This document shows, piece after piece, positions 15,240 through 24,274 of a stretch of 32,498 nucleotides of DNA. The DNA lies in the NCBI GenBank assembly GCA_044337845.1, contig JBIIMU010000001.1, positions 1 to 32,498 on the forward strand. Direction: 5' to 3'. Both the position numbers and the translations under genes were made by a program. Position 1 is the stretch's first letter. The number at the start of each line of letters is the position of its first letter. Source of the DNA: Pirellulales bacterium (GTDB lineage: Bacteria; Planctomycetota; Planctomycetia; Pirellulales; UBA1268). The notes under the pieces were generated by a model that saw only the letters and a program-made list of their open reading frames with translations, had not been told where the DNA came from and ran no database searches.

Positions 15240-17102
15240 TCAACGACCCTCGGTCCGGCCGTAGCGGATTTCGACCCGGGAGACCTGCACGGGCCGGTCC
15301 CCGGCCGCGAGCGTCACGGTCGTGGCCGGCGTGGTGGGCTGGGTGTCGAACTCCAGCGGCACCAGATACCCGTAGTCGCCGCCGGGGACGCCGCGCACGG
15401 TGCCAGAGACCGGGTCGGCGGCGGTGGCCCCGACCCGGATCGCGAGCCGCGCATCGGTCGCCTCCGCGAAGGCCAGCACCCTGACGCTCGCAACGGGGCC
15501 CTCGACCCGGTACGTGAGCGAGCCGCCCGGCTTCACCAGTGCCCGCGAGGCATCCTCCTGGGTGGCGCGGGCGTTCCCCGTGACGATCGCGACGTCGGCC
15601 GGGGTGTCGGCAAGGCGGGATAAGTCGTTGAGTTCGTCGACGAGCACCCGGCTCCGCACCGTCACGGGACCGACCGCGGCCGAGGGAGCCGAGCTGCCGG
15701 CGGCGTTGACGGCGGTCACGCGATACCACGCCGTCGTTCCCGGAGCCGCGGTTTCGTCGGCCCAGAGGGGCCGGTACTGCACGTGGTCCTCCCGCGCGGC
15801 CGCCGCGATCACCTCCCACGGGCCGTCTGCGGCGGGACCGCGCTCGAGCACGTACGTCGTCGCCCCGGCCGTTCCCCGCCACGAGACCGCCGCGTGGTCG
15901 GAAACGGGAAGCATGACGGGTGTGCGGGGAGCCGGCAGCGCGGGTGGATCGAGGCCGCGGATGCGATGGGCGGCGGCTCGGGTGAAGGCGAGCAGCTCGG
16001 TCTCGTCGTAGGCCTCGCCCGACGGAAAGCCCGGCCAGTGGAAGGCCTTATAGCGGCCCTCGGCCGCCGGTTCCGAGTGCCAGTAGAAGCCGCCGTCGCG
16101 GCTGCGGAATCGCAGGCTCCAGAACAGCAGCCCGGTGGCCTCGGAGTCGATCACCTTCTCCGCCACCCGCTGCAGGTCGGCCAGCGGCACGAAGCCGGCC
16201 TCGCCCACGAAAAAGGGTTTTTTACCGGCCGTGGCGGCGATCGCAGCCTCGACGGCCGCGACCATGTCACGGCCGGGCTCCGGATAGTGGTGGGTGGTGA
16301 TCACGTCGACGGCCGGTTCGTCGAGCGACGCCGCGGGCACGCCGCGCAGCGAGTTGCCGTCGATCACGAGATGGTTCGGATCGAGCCGCTTGATGAACCG
16401 GGCGATCTCGCGGGTCCACGCGGGAGTCGAGTCGAGTTCGTTGCCCGTCTCCCAGCCGAGGATCGCCCGATCATCCCGGTAGGTCACCCCCGTGACGGTG
16501 TTCCGGCGCAGGAGCACGTGTTCGATCGTCTTCTTGAAGTCGGCGATCACGCCGGGATCCGTCCAGAAAGCCTCGGGCGGCTGACCCCGGAAGCCGGCGT
16601 ACTGCGGCGCGCCCCCCTGCCATTTCCAGTTGTCGACCAGCGGCACGATCACCCGCACGCCGGCCCGGTTGGCGGCGGCGAGCATGCGATCCATGGCGAC
16701 GAAGGCCTCCTCGTTGAACTCACCCGGCCCCGTCACGTGAACGAAAGGCCCCATGTCGGAGTCGTCGCGCCGCACCGTGATCACGTAGGAGCGGGCGACC
16801 TGACCGCCGATCTCCGCGATCGCCGCGAAGGCATCGTCGAGTTCGAAGCTGTCGGGCCAGCGCCACGGCCGGTCGCCGCCCCAGCGAAACGCGTCTTCGA
16901 CGACGAGCAGGTTGGGGACGTTGAACGAGACGAACCGGACGGTTGCGTCGCCGTCCACCAGTCGGCTACCCGAACGGGTGACGAACCGGGCGAACCCGTG
17001 CGGCGTGGACACGCCGCGCCCGGAATCGGCGGCGGCCCCGGTGCCGGCCATCAGCAGGCCCCCCAGGGCGACGGCGATGCGAACCTGCCAGCGGGGCGCC
17101 AC
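15240..17102 (-). CDS. secreted GH5 (subfamily-7-like) beta-mannanase with Fn3 and C-terminal beta-sandwich domains
   Basis: Frame of ORF 15240..18800 trimmed to GTG 17102, preceded by GGGAGG-ttgcc directly after the symporter stop. The signal peptide is (M)APRWQVRIAVALGGLLMAGTGAAA. GH5 blocks are FVSFNVPN, VIVPLVDNWKWQGGAPQY, ILGWETGNEL, THHYPE and FFVGEAGF. An Fn3-like segment reads AVSWRGTAGATTYVLER...WYRVTAVNAAGSS. Confidence 0.85.
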   Translation of the reverse strand: MAPRWQVRIAVALGGLLMAGTGAAADSGRGVSTPHGFARFVTRSGSRLVDGDATVRFVSFNVPNLLVVEDAFRWGGDRPWRWPDSFELDDAFAAIAEIGGQVARSYVITVRRDDSDMGPFVHVTGPGEFNEEAFVAMDRMLAAANRAGVRVIVPLVDNWKWQGGAPQYAGFRGQPPEAFWTDPGVIADFKKTIEHVLLRRNTVTGVTYRDDRAILGWETGNELDSTPAWTREIARFIKRLDPNHLVIDGNSLRGVPAASLDEPAVDVITTHHYPEPGRDMVAAVEAAIAATAGKKPFFVGEAGFVPLADLQRVAEKVIDSEATGLLFWSLRFRSRDGGFYWHSEPAAEGRYKAFHWPGFPSGEAYDETELLAFTRAAAHRIRGLDPPALPAPRTPVMLPVSDHAAVSWRGTAGATTYVLERGPAADGPWEVIAAAAREDHVQYRPLWADETAAPGTTAWYRVTAVNAAGSSAPSAAVGPVTVRSRVLVDELNDLSRLADTPADVAIVTGNARATQEDASRALVKPGGSLTYRVEGPVASVRVLAFAEATDARLAIRVGATAADPVSGTVRGVPGGDYGYLVPLEFDTQPTTPATTVTLAAGDRPVQVSRVEIRYGRTEGR

Positions 17103-17113
17103 GGCAACCTCCC

Positions 17114-19003
17114 TCAACCCGGGTGCATTCGCCGCTCGCTGGCGGCCATCTCGGCTGCCACGTCGGCGGGATAATCCTGGAGCCGGTCGTACCAGGTAAA
17201 CTTCAGAACGAGCATGCATGCGGCCGCCAGGCCGAGGGCCCAGCCGAGCCGCGGGTAGTCGCGGATCACGAGGTAGATCCCGCCCGCCGTCAGCGCCGTC
17301 TGCCAGACGATCCCGACGGCCACGTTGAGGATGTCCCGCGGCAGGTCGTGGTTGGCCTCGGCGCCCGGCTGGCGACGGACGAGTTCCTCGTGGATCGGCC
17401 CCCAGAATCCCCAGGGGCGAACCCGACGATAGAAGGCGAGCAGCACCTCGCGGTCGTCGGGCGGGGTGGCGAGGCTGCCGAGCACGCTGGCAGCCAGCGA
17501 GATCGCCAGGATGGCGGGCGAGACCGCGAGGTTCTTCTCGAGGCCGAAGACGGTCGCCTGGCCCTGGAGGGCGATCGTGAAGGCGAGCGCGGCGCCGATG
17601 CCCGTGACCATGCCCCAGAAGTAGCCCCAGCCGTTGAATCGCCACCAGTGCCACTTGAGCACGTTGGCGGCGATGTAGCCGCCGTACAGGGCGCCCACGA
17701 TCCAGTTCACCACGTCCTGCAGTTCGTCGAGCAGAAAGCCCACCGCCGTGCCCACGAGCACGACGGCGACGGTCGTGGCGTAGCTCATGAGCACATAGGT
17801 GCGGTCGGATGCGTGCGGGTTGACGTAGCGCTTGTAGATGTCGTTGACCACGTAGGCCGGAGCGGCGTTGACGGTGGCGGCGTACGTGCTCATGAAGGCG
17901 GCCAGCAGGGCCGCGAGGAGCAGGCCGAACAGGCCCACGGGAATGAACTGCCGCATGGTGAGCGGCAGGATCAGATCGAAGTCGACGCGATCGCCCATGC
18001 CGGCCAGGTCGTCGCGGAGGAAGACGAGCGCCAGCACGGTGAGCCCTGCGATGAGCATGTAGCGGGGAAACAACAGCACCAGGTTCACGAACCCGCTCAT
18101 CAGCGCCGCTTCCCTGGGCGAGCGGGCCGAGAGCACGCGCTGCATGTCGTAGTTCGGCGCCGGCCCCGCCATGCTGGAGAGCAGTCCCTTGGCCAGCGCC
18201 AGTCCGAAGAAGGCGGCGAAGAACCGCCAGCCGTCGGAGGCGATCCGGGCGTTCGCCGCGGGCAGGATGCCGGACCAGTCGAGCCCCACCTCGCGGCCGA
18301 AGCCGATCTCGCCCCAGCCGGGCGGCACCGCGGCGGCGAGGGCCTCCGGCGACACCCGCGCCATCGCGATCAGGCCCACGCCGATGCAGCCGGCCGTCAT
18401 GACCACGAACTGGAGCACCTCCGTGAACACCACGCTGTACATGCCCCCCTTGACCACGTAGAGCGTGGTCAGCGCAGTGATCGCGAGCCCGTACAGGTTG
18501 GCGTTGGCGGTCGGATCGGCGGCCAGTTGCCAGGGCAGGAAGGTGGCGGCGAACTTGCCGATCCCGATGAACCCGTACGCCAGGAACCCCACCACGTTGA
18601 TCAGGGCGAACAGGACGACCACGAGATGGGCCGCCTGGGCCCCCCGCGAGCCGCCGAAGCGATGCTCGATCCAGTCGGCGCCGGTCACCACCCCCGACCG
18701 CCGCATCCACACCGACAGGTAGGCCATCATCACGATCTGGTTGAAGACCGGCCAGAGCCACGGAATCCACACGCTCTTCACGCCGTACACGAACAGCCAA
18801 TACACCATCAGCATCGTGCCGCTGATGTCGAACATGCCGGAGGCGTTCGAGACGCCGAGCAGGTACCAGGGGATGGCGTTTCCCCCGAGGAAGTAGCTGC
18901 GGAGGTTCTTCGACGCGAGCCCCGAGATCCAGAAGCCCACGCCCATCGTGATGATCACGAAGGCGGCGATGATCGCCGCATCGAGAGGGTGGAGCGTGGT
19001 CAC
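17114..19003 (-). CDS. sodium:solute symporter (SSS family) transporter
   Basis: 629-aa multi-TM ORF with a GTG start. The typical SSS N-terminus is ...FWISGLASKNLRSYFLGGNAIPWYLLGVSNASGMFDISGTM. It is flanked by mannan-degrading genes on the same strand. Confidence 0.9.
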   Translation of the reverse strand: MTTLHPLDAAIIAAFVIITMGVGFWISGLASKNLRSYFLGGNAIPWYLLGVSNASGMFDISGTMLMVYWLFVYGVKSVWIPWLWPVFNQIVMMAYLSVWMRRSGVVTGADWIEHRFGGSRGAQAAHLVVVLFALINVVGFLAYGFIGIGKFAATFLPWQLAADPTANANLYGLAITALTTLYVVKGGMYSVVFTEVLQFVVMTAGCIGVGLIAMARVSPEALAAAVPPGWGEIGFGREVGLDWSGILPAANARIASDGWRFFAAFFGLALAKGLLSSMAGPAPNYDMQRVLSARSPREAALMSGFVNLVLLFPRYMLIAGLTVLALVFLRDDLAGMGDRVDFDLILPLTMRQFIPVGLFGLLLAALLAAFMSTYAATVNAAPAYVVNDIYKRYVNPHASDRTYVLMSYATTVAVVLVGTAVGFLLDELQDVVNWIVGALYGGYIAANVLKWHWWRFNGWGYFWGMVTGIGAALAFTIALQGQATVFGLEKNLAVSPAILAISLAASVLGSLATPPDDREVLLAFYRRVRPWGFWGPIHEELVRRQPGAEANHDLPRDILNVAVGIVWQTALTAGGIYLVIRDYPRLGWALGLAAACMLVLKFTWYDRLQDYPADVAAEMAASERRMHPG

Positions 19004-19034
19004 CGCCGAGGGCCCTGTCGCGGAGCGGCGCCGA

Positions 19035-20063
19035 TCAGAAGACGACCGAATGCCGCTTCACGAAGTCGATCAGTTCGCCGAGGTGCGCGTAAGCGACGCA
19101 GGTGCAGGTGTCGGCCGCGCCGTAATAGATCGCCAGGCGGTCGGCTGCCTCGTCGTGGAGCGCGGCGCAGGGGAACACCACGTTGGGCACATGCCCCGAC
19201 ACCTCGTAGTCGGCCTCGGGCGTCAGCAGGTGCCGGTCGGTGCGAGCCAGCACCCGCCACGGCTCGTCGAGGTCGAGCAGGGCCGCGCCCATGCTGTAGA
19301 CGAAGCCATTGCAGGTGTCGATCACGCCGTGATAGATCATCAGCCAGCCATCGCGGGTTTCAATCGGGATCGGACCGGCACCGATCTTCGTCCGCTGCCA
19401 CCACTGGCCGACGTGGTCGCCCCCCTTCCGCATCACCAACCGGTGCATGCCCCAGTGGATCATGTCCGGGCTGTGGCTCAGGTAGATGTCGCCGAAGGGG
19501 GTATGGCCGTTGTCGCTCGGCCGGCTGAGCATCACGTAGCGTCCCCCGATGCGGCGGGGGAACAGCACGCCATTGCGATTGAAGGGGAGGAAGGCGTTTT
19601 CCAGCCGCTCGAACGACACGAAGTCGGTGGTACGGGCGAGGCTGATCGTGGGCCCGTTGTGCCCCCCGCACCACGAGATGTAGTACACCCCCTCGATTTC
19701 CACGACCCGCGGGTCATAGGCGTAGTCGCCGGGATCGGTGTCGTGGTTCACGAACTGGATCGGTTCCTCGTCGATCTGCCAGGCGATGCCGTCGGTGCTC
19801 CGGCCCAGGTGCAGCCTGGGGAATCGCGTGGTTTTCTCGAGCCGGAATACCGCCTTGTAGCCTGCTCCAAACGGAACGACCGCGCTGTTGTAAATTCCCT
19901 GGACGTCGGGCAGCGGCTTCCGGCCGATGACCGGATTGCGGTCGTGTCGCCAGACGACGTCGGCGCATCCGCTCGGCCGCTCCTGCCAGGGAAAAACGCG
20001 GGCGGACGGCCGTGCCGGTGGCGGCGACAATGCAGTCGTGGAATCGAGGGTGTGGGCCTTCAT
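19035..20063 (-). CDS. GH130 beta-mannoside phosphorylase
   Basis: ORF 19035..20153 trimmed to ATG 20063 (342 aa). GH130 blocks are RNPVI, IYNSAVVPF, YDPRVVEIEGVYYISWC, NRNGVLFPRRIGGRYVMLSRPSD, IGAGPIPIETRDGWLMIYHGV, YSMGAALLDLDEPWRV, NVVFPCAA and IYYGAADT. Confidence 0.9.
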   Translation of the reverse strand: MKAHTLDSTTALSPPPARPSARVFPWQERPSGCADVVWRHDRNPVIGRKPLPDVQGIYNSAVVPFGAGYKAVFRLEKTTRFPRLHLGRSTDGIAWQIDEEPIQFVNHDTDPGDYAYDPRVVEIEGVYYISWCGGHNGPTISLARTTDFVSFERLENAFLPFNRNGVLFPRRIGGRYVMLSRPSDNGHTPFGDIYLSHSPDMIHWGMHRLVMRKGGDHVGQWWQRTKIGAGPIPIETRDGWLMIYHGVIDTCNGFVYSMGAALLDLDEPWRVLARTDRHLLTPEADYEVSGHVPNVVFPCAALHDEAADRLAIYYGAADTCTCVAYAHLGELIDFVKRHSVVF

Positions 20064-20211
20064 GGCAACGAAATCTTCCGTGAGACGTGAGCAGAGACAC
20101 GAGTCGGGAAGCGGCCGATCAGGCGAACCGTCCCCGAGGGACCGTCGGCGCACGACCTCGGCGGCGTTTTAACCACTTTAACACGGGTTGTCCAACGAGG
20201 ATCGGATTGCC

Positions 20212-21297
20212 ATGGCGAATCCCCCTACCGGGTCATCTCGTTCCGCCGGTCGTCCGGCCAGGCTCCAGGACGTGGCCACCTTGGCGGGCGTGTCGCAGGG
20301 GGCCGCGTCGCGGATCCTCCGCGGCGACCATGCCAGCTTCAGCGAACTGACCACCGAGCGGGTTCTAGCGGCCGCCGCCACGCTCGGCTGGCGGCGAAAC
20401 CTGCTCGTCAGCGGCATGCAGACCGGTCGGACGCGGACGATTGGCGTGGTGATTCCGCCGTACGATTCGTTCTGGATCGGCGTGTTGGCCGGAATTCACG
20501 ACCGCCTCGCCCAGGCGGACTATCTGCCGATCACGGTCTGGCTCGGCGATCTGGAGCACATGCCTCACTTCGAGGCCGACGAGGAGCAGGGCATCCGGCT
20601 GATGAACCGGCTCCTGGATCGACGCGTCGACGGCATGATCCTGTGGCCGCCGTTCGGGCTCGCCTACTACCACCACGCCCGCGAACTCCAGGATCGCACC
20701 GTGCCGGTCGTGATGATCGACTACCACTCCGACCAGGCGATGTGCGATGCCGTGACGACCGACGAGGCGGCCGCCACCCGCCTGGTTGCCCGCCATCTGA
20801 CCGAGTTGGGGCACCGGCAGGTCGCCTACATCAGCAGCCGTGAGGTCGAGTCGCAGCAGTGGGCGATCGACCGCCGTCGCGGGCTGGAGGCGGCCTTCGG
20901 TGCCGCCGGAATCCGTCTGCGGGTGTCGAAACTCAACTCGGCGGGCGACAACGCCCACGAGGTGGCGGCCCGCCTTCTTGCTCGTGAACCGCGGCCATCC
21001 GCGATCGTGACCGCGACCGACCACGAGGCGATCGGGGTCTACCGGGCCGCGGCCGATGCCGGCGTTCGTATCCCCGACGAACTCTCGGTGGTGGGCTTCG
21101 CCGACCTCGACTTTGCGGCGGGCATGGCTCCTCCGCTCACCACGGTTCGGCAGCGGGCGGCCGAGATCGGCTCGCGGGCCGCCGCGATCCTCATCGGCCG
21201 GATCGAATCCCCGCCGGTCTCGGCCGGTTGCCAGTCGGTCCAAGTCGAAGCCGATCTGGTCGTGCGGGGCTCGACAGGACCGTGCGGCAAGTCTTGA
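20212..21297 (+). CDS. LacI-family transcriptional regulator
   Basis: ORF 20188 (TTG)..21297 trimmed to ATG 20212. The N-terminal HTH is ARLQDVATLAGVSQGAASRILRG. It is followed by a periplasmic-binding-protein-like sugar-binding core (IGVVIP..., VDGMILWPP, QVAYISS, PSAIVTATDHEAIGVYRAA, DELSVVGFAD, PPLTTVRQ). Confidence 0.9.
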   Translation: MANPPTGSSRSAGRPARLQDVATLAGVSQGAASRILRGDHASFSELTTERVLAAAATLGWRRNLLVSGMQTGRTRTIGVVIPPYDSFWIGVLAGIHDRLAQADYLPITVWLGDLEHMPHFEADEEQGIRLMNRLLDRRVDGMILWPPFGLAYYHHARELQDRTVPVVMIDYHSDQAMCDAVTTDEAAATRLVARHLTELGHRQVAYISSREVESQQWAIDRRRGLEAAFGAAGIRLRVSKLNSAGDNAHEVAARLLAREPRPSAIVTATDHEAIGVYRAAADAGVRIPDELSVVGFADLDFAAGMAPPLTTVRQRAAEIGSRAAAILIGRIESPPVSAGCQSVQVEADLVVRGSTGPCGKS

Positions 21298-21302
21298 CGG
21301 CC

Positions 21303-21340
21303 GCAGCGGACCGCTGGTAAAGTACTTTTTATTGGGGGGG
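21303..21340 (+). promoter_or_regulatory. conserved upstream element with palindrome AAAGTACTTT (copy 1)
   Basis: The sequence is gcagcggaccgctGGTAAAGTACTTTTtattggggggg, with the palindrome at 21319-21328. It is nearly identical to 24234-24274. TTGACG sits immediately upstream at 21293-21298. Confidence 0.45.
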
Positions 21341-21387
21341 AGTTTTCTGCCCTGGCTGTTCGTGTGCATCCTGAGAAGGGTTTTTTG

Positions 21388-22494
21388 ATGCTCGTTCCGC
21401 CGGCTGGTCTCAACGGTCGCCGCGCACGCGGACGTGGTCGCGCTGGGGCATCCGCGGCCGGTGCCACCGCCCGCGCGGGGCGCGGCTTCACGCTCGTCGA
21501 ACTGTTGGTCGTGATCGCGATAATCGCGGTCTTGATCGGCCTTCTTCTGCCTGCGGTTCAGGCTGCCCGGGAGTCGTCGCGGCGGTCAAGTTGTTTCAAC
21601 AACCTCAAGCAGGTCGGCACCGCAGCCCAGTTGTACCTCGGCACCAGGAAGGCTTTTCCAAGTGCCGGCACGATCCTCGCGGATCGCAACTTCCTGCCCG
21701 CGCCCTCGGTGGGCTACGACCGGGCCGGATGGGTGTTCCAGATTCTTCCCTTCATGGAGCTCACGACGGTGCACCGCAAGGCGGTCGAGCAAGGGGGGTT
21801 TTCGCTCGGCGTCAACTCGCCGCTCGAGGATGCGGTCGCGACCGTCAAGTGTCCGTCGCGAGTTTCCCGCGTGAGTCGCCCGACGTCGTGGGGCACGGTG
21901 TTTCACCTCACCGACTACGCCGGGGTGGCGACCGGCTGGGACTTCGGGAACTACCAGACCAAGATCGACAGCCCATCCCAGCGACAGGCCGAGAATGACG
22001 AGTTCGAGAAGTCGTGGCGGGGCATCGTTGCGAAGTCAGGGATGGTCTTCACGGGCCGTTCCGGCACGGTTTACTCACGCCTCCCGCCGGTCACCGTGGC
22101 CAAGGTCACCGACGGCCTGTCGAAAACGGTGTTCGTGATGGAGAAGTCGGCGTGGGCCAGGGGCCAGCAGCCGCCGGCGCTGTGCTGCACCGACTGGCTG
22201 CAGTGGGGCTATTTCGATTCGCCCGGGTGGGCCGACGCGGCCGGGTACGTCACCGTGCGGCTCGTGTTTCCGTCGTCCGATGGCTCCAACTCCTTCACGC
22301 GGCCGCGTCCCGACTCCGAGCAGCGGCCTGCCGACGACACCGCCGAGCGGCAGTTCGGCAGTCCCCACGCGGTGATGGGGGCCGTGTTCGGCGATGGGTC
22401 GGTGCGGGGGCTCTCGCACGACATCGACACCGATGCGCTGTTCCAACTCGGGTGCCGCAACGACGGCCAGGTGTCGTCGGGCCAGTCGTTCTGA
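21388..22494 (+). CDS. DUF1559 / H-X9-DG family protein with prepilin-type N-terminal cleavage/methylation domain
   Basis: ATG 21388 (the ORF track uses GTG 21364). The pseudopilin motif is [45 protein letters not shown]. The C-terminus [21 protein letters not shown] matches the H-x(8-9)-DG signature, a hallmark planctomycetal paralog family. Confidence 0.85.
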   Translation: MLVPPAGLNGRRARGRGRAGASAAGATARAGRGFTLVELLVVIAIIAVLIGLLLPAVQAARESSRRSSCFNNLKQVGTAAQLYLGTRKAFPSAGTILADRNFLPAPSVGYDRAGWVFQILPFMELTTVHRKAVEQGGFSLGVNSPLEDAVATVKCPSRVSRVSRPTSWGTVFHLTDYAGVATGWDFGNYQTKIDSPSQRQAENDEFEKSWRGIVAKSGMVFTGRSGTVYSRLPPVTVAKVTDGLSKTVFVMEKSAWARGQQPPALCCTDWLQWGYFDSPGWADAAGYVTVRLVFPSSDGSNSFTRPRPDSEQRPADDTAERQFGSPHAVMGAVFGDGSVRGLSHDIDTDALFQLGCRNDGQVSSGQSF

Positions 22495-22566
22495 CCGTAG
22501 GCACGCGGTGCGACGGCCCACTGACGATCGTTTTCCGTCTTCCTTCCCCTGCGGAGTGGCACACGC

Positions 22567-23094
22567 ATGATGCCCGAGGCACACGATTCCCGGATCGCGG
22601 GCGGCACGTCACTGGATCGGCGACTCGTGATCCGGGCCGCGGCCATCGGTTGGGTGGCTGCCGTGGCAGGGTGCTCTGACACGTCGATCAGCCGTCAGGT
22701 CGCGGCGATGAACGACAGCCGCATCAAGCAGCTGGCCAACCTGTTCCGCTTCTACCAGGCGACCAACGGGTGGGTCGGGCCGAAAGACGAAGCGACGCTC
22801 CGCGCGTTCGTCCAGTCGGCGCCGGCCAAGAACCTGGCGATGATGGGCGTCGATCCGGCCCGATTCGACGAGCTGCTCGTCTCCGATCGCGACGGCAAAC
22901 CGTTCCGCGTTCGCTGGGGCGTGACGATCGGGCCGCTCGAGGAGCAGGCCGTCGTGTTCGAGCAGGACGGGCTCGACGGCAAACGATTCGTTGCCTTCAC
23001 TGGAGCCCGTGCCGAAGCGGTCGAGGTCGACCGCTACGAGAAGCTCTGGCAGGGAGAATCGATCAGCGGTGGCGTCGCCCCGGCCCGCCGGTGA
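22567..23094 (+). CDS. hypothetical lipoprotein (Tat-like signal plus lipobox)
   Basis: 175-aa ORF with high GC3. The N-terminus is ...SLDRRLVIRAAAIGWVAAVAGCSD, with a twin-Arg and an AGC lipobox. I recognise no family. It lies 72 nt downstream of the DUF1559 gene on the same strand. Confidence 0.65.
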   Translation: MMPEAHDSRIAGGTSLDRRLVIRAAAIGWVAAVAGCSDTSISRQVAAMNDSRIKQLANLFRFYQATNGWVGPKDEATLRAFVQSAPAKNLAMMGVDPARFDELLVSDRDGKPFRVRWGVTIGPLEEQAVVFEQDGLDGKRFVAFTGARAEAVEVDRYEKLWQGESISGGVAPARR

Positions 23095-23098
23095 GCGC

Positions 23099-23122
23099 CT
23101 CGGGGCGACATCGCCCGCCGAG
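23099..23122. terminator. possible bidirectional hairpin between convergent stops (23094 and 23123)
   Basis: ctcgg-ggcg (23099-23107), loop acat, then cgcc-(cg)-ccgag (23112-23122). This gives 9 bp with a 2-nt bulge and no U-tract. Confidence 0.35.
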
Positions 23123-23860
23123 TCACGCCGCAGTGCGGCGGGCCGGCCTGCTGCTCATCCGGCGACGGACCGACAGGAAGCCCATTCCGCCGATCACGAT
23201 GCCGAGCGTGGTGATCGACCCGGGCTCCGGCACGGCCGTAATCTGCACGTTGGAGAGAACGAATCCCTGGGCGGCGAGATTGTTCGAGTTCATGCCGTAT
23301 CCGAACTGAAAAAAGGTGCTGTTCTTCTCGACGTAGAAGGCGTTCGTGTTATCCGCCGGCGTGGGGTCGACGCCGTTGGTCCAGCCCACGATCGGGAGGC
23401 TGATCGTCGAACTCACGATTCCCGTGAGCGGGAAGCTCGACGAGCCGAGCGAGGGCTTGCTGAAGGTCTGAATCCACTTGTCGCCCGACCCGCCCCCGAA
23501 GCCCTGCTGGAACATGTTGACCTGCAGGAACGTCGGCTGGGCCGTGCCCGAGAGCGTCAGCAGCGAAGGATCGAAGCTCACCACGTAGCTGAAGGTTCCG
23601 CCGGCAACGGCGGCCTGCTTGAGGGCGTCAAACACCTCTCCGGTGCTCGAGCCCTGGGAGAGATTCCAGCCCCAGCCGCCGGAGTTTTGGACCACCTGCA
23701 GGCCGCCGCCGGTCACCGTCTGTGTGCCGGAAGCCATCCAGTTGGGTCGCGTGAAGTCGGCCAACGGCACGGTGGTCGTCGACTGGGCAAGCGTCGGCAG
23801 GCAGGACATGGCAATCGCACCGCAGGCGAACGCGACTCGGAGCACGGAGGAGCATTTCAT
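23123..23860 (-). CDS. PEP-CTERM sorting domain-containing surface protein
   Basis: 245-aa ORF with signal peptide MKCSSVLRVAFACGAIAMSCLPTLAQS. The C-terminus is VPEPGSITTLGIVIGGMGFLSVRRR, i.e. PEP motif, TM segment and Arg cluster. Confidence 0.85.
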   Translation of the reverse strand: MKCSSVLRVAFACGAIAMSCLPTLAQSTTTVPLADFTRPNWMASGTQTVTGGGLQVVQNSGGWGWNLSQGSSTGEVFDALKQAAVAGGTFSYVVSFDPSLLTLSGTAQPTFLQVNMFQQGFGGGSGDKWIQTFSKPSLGSSSFPLTGIVSSTISLPIVGWTNGVDPTPADNTNAFYVEKNSTFFQFGYGMNSNNLAAQGFVLSNVQITAVPEPGSITTLGIVIGGMGFLSVRRRMSSRPARRTAA

Positions 23861-24080
23861 GGCGACTGGTTCCTGCTAACAAGGGAGGCCGCCGCGGCTG
23901 CGGCCAGGTTGGGCTGGTGAACCGCGATCGGCTCGCGTCGTGATCCGCCCTCACCTGTAAGGGGGAGCAAACACCGCGCCAAAGTCACCGCTCTCGCCAT
24001 AAAAAGTGTGGAACACGCGAAATCCACCGGGGAAATCAGTGAAACTACTTGAATGCCTTGTTTTTCGACGCTTGCCCGAC

Positions 24081-24122
24081 GTTCGCAAGAGCTGCGAAAC
24101 AGTTTCGCCGTGTCTGCGAAAC
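24081..24122. promoter_or_regulatory. cluster of TGCGAAAC / GTTTCGC half-sites (candidate operator array)
   Basis: The sites are GTTCGCA 24081-87, TGCGAAAC 24093-24100, GTTTCGC 24102-08 and TGCGAAAC 24115-22. GCGAAACaGTTTCGC (24094-24108) is a perfect 7+1+7 palindrome. Further GAAAC/GAAAT copies lie at about 24018, 24031, 24039 and 24147. Confidence 0.35.
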
Positions 24123-24233
24123 GGTCGGTCGTGCCACTCCACAACGGTGAAACGTGCGTGGTTTCCGATGACTCGCGCGAGCGCGGCCACACGATGGAGG
24201 CGATTGACGGCGGGGTGAGTGCCAAGCTATAAC

Positions 24234-24274
24234 GCAGCGGTCGGCTCGGGGGTAAAGTACTTTTCTTCAGGGGG
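24234..24274 (+). promoter_or_regulatory. conserved upstream element with palindrome AAAGTACTTT (copy 2)
   Basis: The sequence is gcagcggtcggctcgggGGTAAAGTACTTTTcttcaggggg, with the palindrome at 24254-24263. It ends 8 nt before ATG 24282. A TTGACG-N18-TATAAC pair lies just upstream at 24204-24233. Confidence 0.45.

Noticed and set aside
12992-15882. 641-aa alternative-frame minus ORF inside GH26, and the 15124..15882 extension of ORF 12688..15882
   Set aside because: The GH26 frame carries all catalytic and CBM motifs. The extension overlaps the 3' end of the GH5 gene and the AT-rich promoter region, and it is Arg/Gly-rich.
17103-19528. Upstream part of ORF 15240..18800 and the 801-aa plus ORF 17123..19528
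   Set aside because: Both overlap the SSS symporter gene, whose hydrophobic multi-TM translation is clearly the real one. The GH5 gene starts at GTG 17102, right after the symporter stop, with its own RBS.
20064-20211. Search for a classical CG-centred LacI-type palindromic operator in the lacI/GH130 divergent region
   Set aside because: No 14-20-bp palindrome with a central CG is visible by eye. Only the AT-rich GTTAAAGTGGTTAAAA stretch is present, and it is reported as a variant of the promoter-like element. I cannot assign an operator without a motif search.
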